DNA from: a virus
Lineage: Duplodnaviria > Caudoviricetes
DNA: 46,475 bases
Virus record (IMG/VR): IMGVR_UViG_3300043432_000260
Coordinates: 1-46,475 of that record
Strand: one strand, 5' to 3'
Shown here: in pieces, positions 26,321 to 35,547 of the stretch
Position numbering within the stretch: the stretch's first letter is position 1
Layout of the letters: each line of letters opens with the position of its first letter
Notes under the pieces: generated by a model
The model's database searches: none
What the model was told of the DNA's origin: nothing
Seen by the model: the letters and a program-made list of their open reading frames with translations, nothing else
Translations under genes and position numbers: made by a program

Positions 26321-26626
26321 GTGATGGCGCATGACGTCGTGCGCGCGAGTGGGCGGCTGTCGTTTCTCGAGGCGCAGATGGCCCCGGACTTTCTGCAGAA
26401 GGCGTACACGCGGATTCACGAGGGGATGGATGCGGTGAAGGTGAAGGTGCTGCAGCACGAGGGGGCGATCGTGCTGGGGCCGGAGCAGATCGACTACACG
26501 GAACGGCGGGAGGCGGCGAAGGAAGCGTTGAAGTTGTGCGACCAGTATCCCGATCGTCTCGACCTGAACGTGGGGGGCGACGGGTTGACGGTGGTGTTGC
26601 AGGGGCTGGACGAGGGACGGGTGTGA
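26321..26626 (+). CDS. Putative terminase small subunit
   Basis: GGAGG RBS; first gene of the late operon; helical DYTERREAAKEALKL followed by a C-terminal beta strand. Confidence 0.45.
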   Translation: MMAHDVVRASGRLSFLEAQMAPDFLQKAYTRIHEGMDAVKVKVLQHEGAIVLGPEQIDYTERREAAKEALKLCDQYPDRLDLNVGGDGLTVVLQGLDEGRV

Positions 26627-26817
26627 AGAAAGTAACAGGGCTTTTTATGTGCGACGGGATCATTCGGCGGGCTGACGGCACGGTCGAGCGCACGCCCATG
26701 ATCTGGAATCCTGAACTGCAGTGCTGGAGCGGGCTCGAGGGCGTCAGGCTCTCTACCGGGGATGTTCTGTCGTCGCCACCTGCGCCTACGGAAACCGTCC
26801 GCGAGGATCGGGTGTGA
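26623..26817 (+). CDS. Small hypothetical protein flanked by 21-bp direct repeats
   Basis: GTGA coupling; repeats at 26611-26631 and 26802-26822. Confidence 0.5.
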   Translation: MKKVTGLFMCDGIIRRADGTVERTPMIWNPELQCWSGLEGVRLSTGDVLSSPPAPTETVREDRV

Positions 26818-26847
26818 AGAAAACCACGCAGAGCACAGGAGGCCACG

Positions 26848-27204
26848 ATGAGCCACGCAACGGAACACGAGACGTTTCTCCGGCTGGCGAACAAATACGG
26901 GATCTGGCTGGAGCAGGGGCGGAAGCGCCTGGTGGAGTGGCGGGAAATGAACCGCACCGCGCCGGACGACGAGGCGGGGAGCCGGGCGCGGTGGGACGCG
27001 CGGGACGCGATGCGGACCTGGTGCGCGGCGCTCAAGCGGGAGCTGGATCTCGATCTCGGCGAGGGGCTGCGCGCGCGAGTGAACTTCGCGGCGACGGGGT
27101 CCCCGCTGGGGACAAACGAGCTGGCGGAGCACGAGGCGCGGCTCGCGGCGCTCGATCGGCTGATCGGGCAGCTGCTCGCGCAGGCGGGGCCGCTGACGGC
27201 GTAG
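26848..27204 (+). CDS. Hypothetical protein
   Basis: AGGAGG RBS; strong GC3 codon pattern. Confidence 0.6.
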   Translation: MSHATEHETFLRLANKYGIWLEQGRKRLVEWREMNRTAPDDEAGSRARWDARDAMRTWCAALKRELDLDLGEGLRARVNFAATGSPLGTNELAEHEARLAALDRLIGQLLAQAGPLTA

Positions 27205-27230
27205 TCGTTCTGCCGAACGATCCGTGGGCG

Positions 27231-28832
27231 GTGCCGGCCGCGCGTCCCGCGGGGGAGATCGCGTCGCCGGTCTCTCCGCCCCCGGCGTTGCCCACGGTCT
27301 TCACCGAGACGCTACCGCCGACGATCGCGGAAGCGCTCCTGGGGCCCGAGCAGATCAAGCTCATCATCGGCGGGGTCCGCACGGGGAAGTCGAAAGCCGT
27401 GATGCGCTACATGCTCGCGCACTGCCGGAAATACGCGGCCCAGTTCCCGGGGCAGACGATCCGGTGGGTGGTCGTGCGCGATACCTACGAGAACGTCAGC
27501 GGCACGAATCTCAAGACGCTGCTGGAGTTGGAGCCACGGGGGCGGTGGGGACGGTGGAACGAGCAGAAGAAGACCTTCACCGTGGCGGTGCCGAAGGGGC
27601 AATTCGCGGAGATCAAGTTCTTCGGCCTCGACGACCCCGACGATATCGTGAAGCTCCAGTCGCTCGACCTGAGTGGGTTTGTGATCTGTGAGCCCGCGGG
27701 CGGGCTCGACGCGGAGACAGAGCGCATCGGCGCGGGGGTGCCTGCCGATGCGTACCTCATGTGCCTCAACCGGCTCTCACATCCGATCGGGCTCCAGCGC
27801 ACGGTCGGGATTCTCGAAGGGAACGCGCCCTCGGCGGGGCACTGGGTGGCGAAGCTCCTCCGCGATCAGGCGCGCGTCGAGATCGTGCCGGTGATGTCCG
27901 CAGCCGGCCTGCCGACGGGCCGGGTCCGGCGCGAGGAGATTCCCGGGCGCACCGCGTCCATTCTCCTCGCCAACGTGCCCGCATGGGAGGCGCCGATCCT
28001 CCACACGCGGCCCGATTATTACGAGAACCTCGAATCGCTCTACGCCAGCACGGGCAAGGGCAGCGCGTACATCCGGCGCTACCTCCGCGGCGAATGGCTG
28101 CCGGTGTTGAGCGGAGGATTGGATCGCACGCACGTGCCCACGATCCCCCGCGACGACTGCCCACCGTTCGACGCGATCGTGGCGACGCTTGACCCGTCGA
28201 CCGGCGCGGCGAAGGGCGATCGCTCGGCGCTCGCCGTGTGCGGCGTGACCCGTGGCGGCTTCGCCTACCTGCTCGATCTCCAGGTCGGCCGCTTCGAGTA
28301 CGCGGAGTTGATCGAGCGGCTCTTCGCGATGCAGGCGCGCTGGGCGCCCGGGGTCGTCGGGATCGAGGCGGTCGGGTTTCAGAAATGGCTCGACCCGATT
28401 TTGCGGGAGAAGGAACCGGCGCGCGGGGTGCGGATTCCCCGCAAGATGCTGGAGCGGGATTCCAAGCAGAGCAAAGAGCTCCGGATCGAGACAACCCTCT
28501 GCGTCCGCGTCTCAGAGGGCCGGCTCATTGTCGTCGAGGGGTGCGCGAATGTCGGCGAGCTCTGGGCGGAGATGGAGGCCTTCGGCGCGTCCGGTGGGCA
28601 TGACGACGTGCTGGATGCCCTCGCGGACCTCGATCAAGTCGTCGGGCTCGCGTTTCCCGCGGCCGACGTCGGGATACCCGACGGCGGGCGGCCCCGCGGG
28701 GGATCCGAGCCCGGCGTTCGCGCGCCGCTCTTCCCCCAGCTCGCGGCCCTGGGTGAGGGGGATCGCGGCGCGCCGCTCGACATGGATCGACGCTTCTGGT
28801 CGCGGCGGCCGGCGGGCTTCTGGCGTGGGTAA
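27231..28832 (+). CDS. terL: Terminase large subunit (start uncertain: 26814, 27210, 27231 or 27288)
   Basis: Walker A GGVRTGKS; VVVRDTY; Walker B-like FVICEP; nuclease LDPS...D...GIE...HDDVLDA. Confidence 0.9.
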   Translation: MPAARPAGEIASPVSPPPALPTVFTETLPPTIAEALLGPEQIKLIIGGVRTGKSKAVMRYMLAHCRKYAAQFPGQTIRWVVVRDTYENVSGTNLKTLLELEPRGRWGRWNEQKKTFTVAVPKGQFAEIKFFGLDDPDDIVKLQSLDLSGFVICEPAGGLDAETERIGAGVPADAYLMCLNRLSHPIGLQRTVGILEGNAPSAGHWVAKLLRDQARVEIVPVMSAAGLPTGRVRREEIPGRTASILLANVPAWEAPILHTRPDYYENLESLYASTGKGSAYIRRYLRGEWLPVLSGGLDRTHVPTIPRDDCPPFDAIVATLDPSTGAAKGDRSALAVCGVTRGGFAYLLDLQVGRFEYAELIERLFAMQARWAPGVVGIEAVGFQKWLDPILREKEPARGVRIPRKMLERDSKQSKELRIETTLCVRVSEGRLIVVEGCANVGELWAEMEAFGASGGHDDVLDALADLDQVVGLAFPAADVGIPDGGRPRGGSEPGVRAPLFPQLAALGEGDRGAPLDMDRRFWSRRPAGFWRG

Positions 28833-29223
28833 CTCGCTCGCGCGTCGCTGGCGCGCCGTCGCCTACTGGCACTTCGTGCGGACGCGCGGCCGGGACACGC
28901 TCGACACGCTGCGCCCCTGGTTGCAGCTGGCCTTCATCGGCGGCGCGTCCACGAAGATCATGGGCTTCTCGACGGGGCAGAGCTTGAAAACCGCGCTCGC
29001 GCTCATCCTCGGCTCCGAGCTCCTCATGTTTCTGCTCGGCGTCATGGATCACCGGGCCGGGGTCATCGAGCGGCAGATGGTGCTCAACAACTCGCAGGAC
29101 CCGTGGAAGATGGAGACCCTGGCGATTCTCCGCCGCCTGGATCGCCTGGAATCCACGGGCGATACGAGCCGCAACGGCACGACCGTACCCTGGCAGACGG
29201 CTGACCGGATGACGCCGACATGA
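28825..29223 (+). CDS. Hypothetical membrane protein between terL and portal
   Basis: Two hydrophobic segments; overlaps both neighbours. Confidence 0.55.
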   Translation: MGNSLARRWRAVAYWHFVRTRGRDTLDTLRPWLQLAFIGGASTKIMGFSTGQSLKTALALILGSELLMFLLGVMDHRAGVIERQMVLNNSQDPWKMETLAILRRLDRLESTGDTSRNGTTVPWQTADRMTPT

Positions 29224-30800
29224 AGTACGGCGTCCGCGCCCCGAAGAAGAAGCCGGTCGTTCGAGCGGCCGAAGCCGTCGGCGCGATGGCCGGAGGGATG
29301 GTCGACAAAGACGACTATCTCTTCCGGCGCCTGTCCACCGGGCAGGCCGGCGCGGCGACGGGGCGCGATCTCTCGCCGATGGCGCAGGACCGGATGCTCG
29401 AGCTGGTGTTCTTCCTCTGGGAGTCGAATGCCATCGCGCAGTGGATCATCGAGACGACGCTCGACTTTACCGTCGGCGAAGGGGTGCGCATCGAGCCGCT
29501 CAACGATGACGTCGGCGCGATGCTCACGGCCTTCACCGACGATCCGGTCACGCAGCTGCTCACGCGGCTGGACGGTTTCGCCCGCGATTTTGGCCTGTAT
29601 GGGGAACTCTGTCTGCCGGCCTTCGTCAACCAGATTGACGGGCATGTGCGCTTGGGCTATCTCGACCCATTCGAGATCAAGGAAGTGCTCACCGATCCGG
29701 ACAACGCCCTCGTCCAGACCGCGGTGGTCCGCAAGCCGCCGAGTGGGGCGCCGGGCCCCGGGGCGCTCTACAAGATCATCCGCGGCGAGGCCGATCGCAC
29801 GAGCTCGTCGTACGGGCAACTCGTGGGCGTCCAGGCCGATGAGGTCGAGCCGCGCACGGGGCGCGCCTATGCCGGCCAGTGTTTCCTCTTCCAGACGAAT
29901 CGCGTGAGCAATGCGCGCCGCGGCCGATCGGATCTCCTCTCGCTGATCGATTGGGTCGACGGCTACGATGCCTTTCTGTACGACTCGATGCAGGCGGCGC
30001 AGCAATTCAATTCCTACATCTGGGACGTCACGCTCGAGGGCGCAGACGAAGCGGCACTCAAGAAATGGCTCGCGGCGAACCAGAGCGTGAAACGCGGGAT
30101 GATCCGGGCGCACAACGAGAAGGTGAAGTGGAACGAGCTGTCGCCCGATCTCAAAGCACAGGACAAAGACACGTTCCTCCATTTCCTCCGCGGCCAGATC
30201 CTCGGCTCGAAGAGTTTCCCGGAGCACTGGTACGGGCAGGGGTCGGATGTCAACTTCGCCTCGGCGAAGGAGATGGCCGCGCCGCCCGGCAGGCGTCTGG
30301 GGCGTCGCCAGCGGGAGATCCGCGGCATCGTGGACATGCTCTGCCGATTCCAGATTCACTGCGCGCAGCGGGCGGGGACACTCACACCCTCGGTGCTGAT
30401 CGGCTCGACGGTGGCAGCCGACGGCTCGAGCATGGCGACCTCGGTGCCGGCGGATAGGGCGTATCGGATCGTCCTGCCCGAAATCTCGACCAAGGACACC
30501 GCGCAGACGGTCGCCGCCGCGGTCTCGCTCAGTGCCGCCCTTGCGCAGGCTGTGGCCCAAGGCTGGCTCCGGAACGAGACGGCCGGGAAGATCTTCGCGC
30601 ATCTCGTCAGTCAACTCGGTATCGAGATCGATCCCGCGATGGAATTGCAGCCGGGCGCGGGCCCGCGGGGCGCGGCCCTCACGGATTACTCCCCGGCGAA
30701 TCTCCAGCGTCTCCTCGCCCAGCTCAAACGGGCGGGGGACGGCAACGGTGACAACATGAACATGGGCAAGGAGCCTGTGCCTGGCGGGGCGCGGCCATGA
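29220..30800 (+). CDS. Portal protein
   Basis: 526 aa, after terL; VGEG, LYGE, RGRSDL, NFASA. Confidence 0.85.
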   Translation: MKYGVRAPKKKPVVRAAEAVGAMAGGMVDKDDYLFRRLSTGQAGAATGRDLSPMAQDRMLELVFFLWESNAIAQWIIETTLDFTVGEGVRIEPLNDDVGAMLTAFTDDPVTQLLTRLDGFARDFGLYGELCLPAFVNQIDGHVRLGYLDPFEIKEVLTDPDNALVQTAVVRKPPSGAPGPGALYKIIRGEADRTSSSYGQLVGVQADEVEPRTGRAYAGQCFLFQTNRVSNARRGRSDLLSLIDWVDGYDAFLYDSMQAAQQFNSYIWDVTLEGADEAALKKWLAANQSVKRGMIRAHNEKVKWNELSPDLKAQDKDTFLHFLRGQILGSKSFPEHWYGQGSDVNFASAKEMAAPPGRRLGRRQREIRGIVDMLCRFQIHCAQRAGTLTPSVLIGSTVAADGSSMATSVPADRAYRIVLPEISTKDTAQTVAAAVSLSAALAQAVAQGWLRNETAGKIFAHLVSQLGIEIDPAMELQPGAGPRGAALTDYSPANLQRLLAQLKRAGDGNGDNMNMGKEPVPGGARP

Positions 30801-31693
30801 TCGGGCGCGCCCGCTTCGCGGACGTCCCGATCGCGCGCTTCGCGGCGCAGCTCGACGAGATCCTCCGCCGTCTCGATGCGCTCCCGACGGCCGCCGTGCA
30901 GGCCATGCTGGCGGACCTCGAGACCGCGCGCCAGCAAATCGTGCGCGAGATTCTGACGCTCGGCAGCGGCGCGCATTCCACCGAGTTAGTCGCCCTCCAG
31001 GCGCGCATCAGCGACGTCATGTATCGCTTCGCGGAGCGCTACGGCGTCACGCTGGCGCCGATCCAGGGCGCGGTGGCGCAGCTCGGCAGCGCGCTCGCGG
31101 CCGAGCCGCTCATCGCGGGCGGCCTCAGCCTCTGGGTGCCGCAGATCTCGCGGCGGCAGCTCGAGGTGGCGCAGACCTTCCAGGCCCTCCTGATCTCGAA
31201 TCTCGCCGATGACGCCACCAACCAGATCAGCCGGGATCTGGGCGTGGCGATCCTCCGCGGGCAGAGCGTCTATGAAGCCTCGCAAGCGGTGGCCGGGTCG
31301 CTGACCGGGACGGCGACCTTTGGCTCGATCACCGCGCGAGCGGAGGCGATCACGCGGACCGAGCTCGGCCGCATCCAGAGCGTCGCCACGCAAGGCAGTC
31401 TCCGGGATCTTCAGCAGCAGGTGCCGGATCTCCAGAAGCAGTGGCTGCATTCAGGGAACGCGGGGCCGTACCGGCGCACGGGCCATGTCGCGGCGCAGGG
31501 GCAAGTGCGGGCGGTGGACGAGCACTTCCAGGTCGCCGAGATCGCGGGCGGGGCGACGGAAGCGCTCCTCTATCCGCGCGATCCCTCAGCGAGTCCGCGG
31601 AACACAATTCAGTGCGGTTGCGTTTCAGTGCCGTTTCGCGCCGCGTGGGCGGCGGACCTTGACGCCCTGCATCAGGAACCGGCGGCAGCCTAG
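30797..31693 (+). CDS. Head morphogenesis protein (Mu gpF/SPP1 gp7-like)
   Basis: RAEAITRTE, KQWLH, R..H...GQ, LLYPRDP...IQCGC. Confidence 0.85.
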   Translation: MIGRARFADVPIARFAAQLDEILRRLDALPTAAVQAMLADLETARQQIVREILTLGSGAHSTELVALQARISDVMYRFAERYGVTLAPIQGAVAQLGSALAAEPLIAGGLSLWVPQISRRQLEVAQTFQALLISNLADDATNQISRDLGVAILRGQSVYEASQAVAGSLTGTATFGSITARAEAITRTELGRIQSVATQGSLRDLQQQVPDLQKQWLHSGNAGPYRRTGHVAAQGQVRAVDEHFQVAEIAGGATEALLYPRDPSASPRNTIQCGCVSVPFRAAWAADLDALHQEPAAA

Positions 31694-31699
31694 GGGGAG

Positions 31700-34186
31700 A
31701 TGTCCATGACGCGATTCCGGAAAGTCAAGGCCGCGTGGGAATGGGTGAAGGAGCAGTTGGCCTCCGATTCCCTCGACGCCAAGGTGCTGCAAGTCCAGAC
31801 GGCCTGGGCGGCGCAGTACGGCGCCGGCTACGACGCGGGCATGGTCTGTGATGTCTACGAGGACCGTGTGATTGTGCGCGGGATGGACGGCGCGTTCCAG
31901 GCCTATCCGTACACGATCGCGCCCGACGGGGCGATCGGCTTCGAGCCGCCGGTCGCTGTCGAAGTCGTCTACGACGAGATCTCTGAGGCGCTCGAGTTGG
32001 ACGTGGCGGCGCCGCGTGGGCGGACGGGCCGCATCTGGGAAGTCCGCGTCCTCAAGTTCGGCCGCTCGCGGAACGGTTTCTACTGGAGCCGTGAGGCGGG
32101 CGAAAAGCTGATCCCCCTGCTCGCGAACGTGCCCGTGGGCTGTTTCATGGATCCCGCGGGGGCGATGGGCCACGCCGACGAACGGAGCGTGCAGGTCGCC
32201 AACGGGCCCCTCATCCGCAACATCGTCGGAGACCTCCAAACGCCGCGCCTCGAATCGGACGGCGTCTATGCCTCCCTGCATGTCCACGAGGACGCAGGGT
32301 GGCTGAAACAGAAGCTCCTCGGGCTGGCCACCAGAGGCGTCGTTGACAAGGTGCTCGGGTTGTCAGTGGATACGCTGGCGGGGTACGTCCCGGTCCAGCT
32401 GCGGGAAGGCGCTGCGCAGGCGATCACCGAGATCAAGCGGCTCTTTTCCGTGGACATCGTCACGCGCCCGTCTGCCGATGGGCGCTTCATCCGGGCGACG
32501 GCTGGGCCGTTGCTCACCGAGGGAGACCAGCTCATGACACGAGTGGAACTCATTGCCCTGATTCAGGCGCAGCGGCCCAAGCTGCTCGAGGGGCGGGTCG
32601 TGGAGAGCCTCACGGATGAGGACCTCGCGGCGCTCGTCAAGGAGGCGCTGCGGGAGCCGGAGAAACCAAAGCCCGATCCCGACCTCGACAAGAAGACCGC
32701 CCGGCTGACGGCGCTCGAGCAGCGCCTCGCCATCCGGGAGAGCCACGAGCGCGTGGCCGAGGCCGTCGACGCCACCGAGCTGCCCGATCCCGTCAAGGCC
32801 AAGGTCAAGAAGGCCTTCGCCGGCAAGGTCGTCGAGCAGGCGGACATCGACGCCGCCGTCAAGGAAGAGATCGAGACCTGGGGCAAGCTGGCCGCCTCGG
32901 GCAACGTCAAGGACCTGGGGATGCCCACGGGCACGGTCGGCGCCGAGCCCCGCGACAAGATCCAGGCCGGCCTCGACATGCTCTTCGGCGTGTCGCGGGA
33001 GTCGCTGGCGAAGAAGCTGGAATCGGCGCCGCTCTCGTCGGAGGCGGTCAGCCGAATCATGGAAGAATACAAGCCTGTCGCCGCAGCCGCGGCGGGCGAC
33101 CCGGGCCTACGGTTCCGGGGTATCAAGGACGCCTACATCACGATGACCGGCGACACGGACGTCACCGGGCACCAGCCGGCCCGTCGCGTGAAGGAAGCGG
33201 CGACCGTGGTCCTGTCCTCGGACTGGGCGCAGGTCCTCGGCGATACGCTCTATCGCCGGCTGCTCGGGACCTACGCGGAGCAGCAGTACAACGAGCGGTC
33301 GATCAGCCGCTTCGGGTCGGCGACCGACTTCCGCACGAAGCACGTCGTGCACCTCGGCTACTTCGGCGATCTGCCGGCAGTGGCCGAGAACGGCGCCTAC
33401 GACGGCCTGACGAATCCCACGGATGACGAAGTGCAGTATGCCGTCACGAAGCGCGGCGGGCTGTTCTCGGTGACGCTCGAGTCGATCAAGAACGACGACA
33501 TCCGCTCGATCATGGAGACGGTCGATCGCCTGGGCCGGGCGGCCCGCCGCACGCTGGCGCAGTTCGTCTGGAACTTCTGGGGCGCCGCGGCCACTGGCGG
33601 CCACGTCGGCGCGATCTTCGATGTGGACTCGGTCGTCTGGTTCGACTGCACCTCGGGCGCCGGGATAGGGGCCGGCGCGGGGTTGCACTGCAACTACGGC
33701 GTGACGGCGCTGACGGCCGATGCGACGGGGGCCGGGATCATCATGAGCATGATCGTCGCGCTCGGGAAGATGAAGGAGAAGGATTCGGCCAAGGCGCTCG
33801 GCCTGCCGCGTTTCGAGTCGCTCTGGCTCGACGTGCCGCTGGATCTGTACTCGGTGGCGAACCTGCTCAACCGCACGGCGTCCTTCTCGACGACCGTGGC
33901 GAACCCGATCTACCAGATGTTCGGGATGAACAACGAGCGGATCAACGTCAACCCGCTCTTCGTCGACGTGAGCGACTGGGGTGTGCATGTGGATCCCAAC
34001 AGCGGCGGCCGGGACTCCATTGGGATTGATTTCCTGGATGGGCGCGAGGAGCCGGAGCTCTTCGTCGCGGATCTGCCGACGCAGGGGGCGCTGTTCACCA
34101 ATGACCGGATCCAGTACAAGATCCGGAGCGTCTACGGCGGCGATGTGCTCGACGTCGTAGGGGCTTGCAAGAACATCGTCGCCTAA
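31700..34186 (+). CDS. Prohead protease-scaffold-major capsid fusion (Mu gpT-like capsid)
   Basis: Protease-like SRNG...H...GLSVD...SVDIVTRPSADGRF; charged coil; capsid-like DFR...LPAVAENGAY...SIKNDD...LGRAARRT...FLDGREEP. Confidence 0.85.
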   Translation: MSMTRFRKVKAAWEWVKEQLASDSLDAKVLQVQTAWAAQYGAGYDAGMVCDVYEDRVIVRGMDGAFQAYPYTIAPDGAIGFEPPVAVEVVYDEISEALELDVAAPRGRTGRIWEVRVLKFGRSRNGFYWSREAGEKLIPLLANVPVGCFMDPAGAMGHADERSVQVANGPLIRNIVGDLQTPRLESDGVYASLHVHEDAGWLKQKLLGLATRGVVDKVLGLSVDTLAGYVPVQLREGAAQAITEIKRLFSVDIVTRPSADGRFIRATAGPLLTEGDQLMTRVELIALIQAQRPKLLEGRVVESLTDEDLAALVKEALREPEKPKPDPDLDKKTARLTALEQRLAIRESHERVAEAVDATELPDPVKAKVKKAFAGKVVEQADIDAAVKEEIETWGKLAASGNVKDLGMPTGTVGAEPRDKIQAGLDMLFGVSRESLAKKLESAPLSSEAVSRIMEEYKPVAAAAAGDPGLRFRGIKDAYITMTGDTDVTGHQPARRVKEAATVVLSSDWAQVLGDTLYRRLLGTYAEQQYNERSISRFGSATDFRTKHVVHLGYFGDLPAVAENGAYDGLTNPTDDEVQYAVTKRGGLFSVTLESIKNDDIRSIMETVDRLGRAARRTLAQFVWNFWGAAATGGHVGAIFDVDSVVWFDCTSGAGIGAGAGLHCNYGVTALTADATGAGIIMSMIVALGKMKEKDSAKALGLPRFESLWLDVPLDLYSVANLLNRTASFSTTVANPIYQMFGMNNERINVNPLFVDVSDWGVHVDPNSGGRDSIGIDFLDGREEPELFVADLPTQGALFTNDRIQYKIRSVYGGDVLDVVGACKNIVA

Positions 34187-34204
34187 CGGCGACGAAGGAG
34201 ACCG

Positions 34205-34238
34205 CGCGGAGCGGTCAGGGCGACCTGGCCGCTCCGCG
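34205..34238 (+). promoter_or_regulatory. 15-bp GC stem with a GCGA tetraloop between SD and start codon
   Basis: CGCGGAGCGGTCAGG-GCGA-CCTGGCCGCTCCGCG; no U tract. Confidence 0.7.
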
Positions 34239-34246
34239 AAGACATC

Positions 34247-35341
34247 ATGGCTCTGGTGATCGTCGGCGCGATGTTGGCGCCCTGGCTGTTCCTGCTCACG
34301 GCGCGCCGGAACTGGCACGTCTGGGCGCGCAATGCCTTTGTCCGCGGCGCGGCCGTCGCCGGCGCCGGATATGCCGCGGCCGCGGAGCCCTTCCTCGCGC
34401 CGCTCGCGCTCTCGGTCCTCTTGCGGTGGACGGATGTCGGTCGGATCGCCTCCGTGATGATCTGGGCGGCGATCCTGGGCGTCTGGTTCCTGGGCCGCGC
34501 GCTGGGCCCGTCGACCCCGGTCGCGGCGGCCTGGCTCATGCTGGCGATGGTCAATGTCGTGTTCATCGTGCTCCAGTCCGTCGCGCAGCGCATGGCCGTC
34601 CCGGCGTGGCTGGCGGACGGGATGGATCGGCAAGGCGAGGGGGTCGGAACCTTCGGCCACCGGACCATGTGCGCCGGCTTCCTGGCGCTGACCCTGCCGC
34701 TGGCCTGGCTGGTGCCGGCGCCCTGGTTCTGGCCGCTGGTGGCCTTGCTGGCCCTCGGGCTCTGGCTGACCTCCTCCTGGCTGGCTTGGCTCGCGACGCT
34801 GGCGGCCCTCGCTGCCCTGATTCCGGCCCTCCGGCTACCCTTCCTTGCCTTGGGGGCTGTCGTGGCTGTGGGGGGCTCTGTGGCCCTCTGGGCGTGGTAT
34901 CGGGCGCCGACCTGCTATCGCCTCCTGACTTGGCCGCTTGAGCGCTGGACGCTCCGCGGGGCCTCTCTTGACAGCGTGGTCCAGCGCCTTGAGGTCTGGG
35001 GCGCCTACGGTCGCACGTGGCGGCGGTGGCCGAACTGGCTGCTGGGCCGCGGCGATGGGTCGTCGCATGACGAGTCGGTCCAGGTCCAGGCCGGCGTCCG
35101 TCACAAGATGGTCGGCTATCCGCACAACGAGATCGTGAGCCTGGCCTATGAGCACGGAGTCTTCGGTCTGGCGGCCCTCGGGCTCTTCGCCTGGCGGCTC
35201 GTGCCGGCGCTCCAGGCCGGGGATCCGTGGAGCGCGGTCGTGATCGCCGGGGCGGTCCTCATGCTCGGGATGCACACGGCGCACATCGCGCCGCTGGGCG
35301 GCACCTGGTGGCTGGCTGCGGCGATGGTGGCGGGCCGATGA
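34247..35341 (+). CDS. O-antigen ligase / O-oligosaccharyltransferase (Wzy_C)-like polytopic membrane protein
   Basis: Many TM segments; GTFGH, RLEVW, WLLGRGDGS, YPHNEIVSLAYEHGVFGL. Confidence 0.8.
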   Translation: MALVIVGAMLAPWLFLLTARRNWHVWARNAFVRGAAVAGAGYAAAAEPFLAPLALSVLLRWTDVGRIASVMIWAAILGVWFLGRALGPSTPVAAAWLMLAMVNVVFIVLQSVAQRMAVPAWLADGMDRQGEGVGTFGHRTMCAGFLALTLPLAWLVPAPWFWPLVALLALGLWLTSSWLAWLATLAALAALIPALRLPFLALGAVVAVGGSVALWAWYRAPTCYRLLTWPLERWTLRGASLDSVVQRLEVWGAYGRTWRRWPNWLLGRGDGSSHDESVQVQAGVRHKMVGYPHNEIVSLAYEHGVFGLAALGLFAWRLVPALQAGDPWSAVVIAGAVLMLGMHTAHIAPLGGTWWLAAAMVAGR

Positions 35342-35547
35342 TCCTCTGCCCTCTCTGCGATGTATTCCTCGCCCCCGGGCAGGAATGTGCGCACGTGCTC
35401 GTTCAGGACAATGGGATCGTGCGGACGTCGAAGCACTACCGGGACGCCTTAGCTGCCTGGAAGGAGGAGCAGGAACCTCCGAATGAAATCGAACAGGCGC
35501 AGGACTACAGCGACGATCTCGAAGGTTGCGAGGGTGACTGGGAATGA
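35338..35547 (+). CDS. Small hypothetical protein
   Basis: ATGA coupling at both ends. Confidence 0.45.
   Translation: MILCPLCDVFLAPGQECAHVLVQDNGIVRTSKHYRDALAAWKEEQEPPNEIEQAQDYSDDLEGCEGDWE

Noticed and set aside
26038-26334. 98-aa ORF in the pre-terminase gap
   Set aside because: No SD, atypical composition and no motifs; probably non-coding.
26721-34186. Inteins or further introns in terminase, portal or capsid genes
   Set aside because: No intein splice-junction or LAGLIDADG motifs and no second set of group I core elements were seen.
34205-34238. Intrinsic terminator after the capsid gene
   Set aside because: The stem is strong but has no U tract on the + strand; kept as a regulatory hairpin instead.
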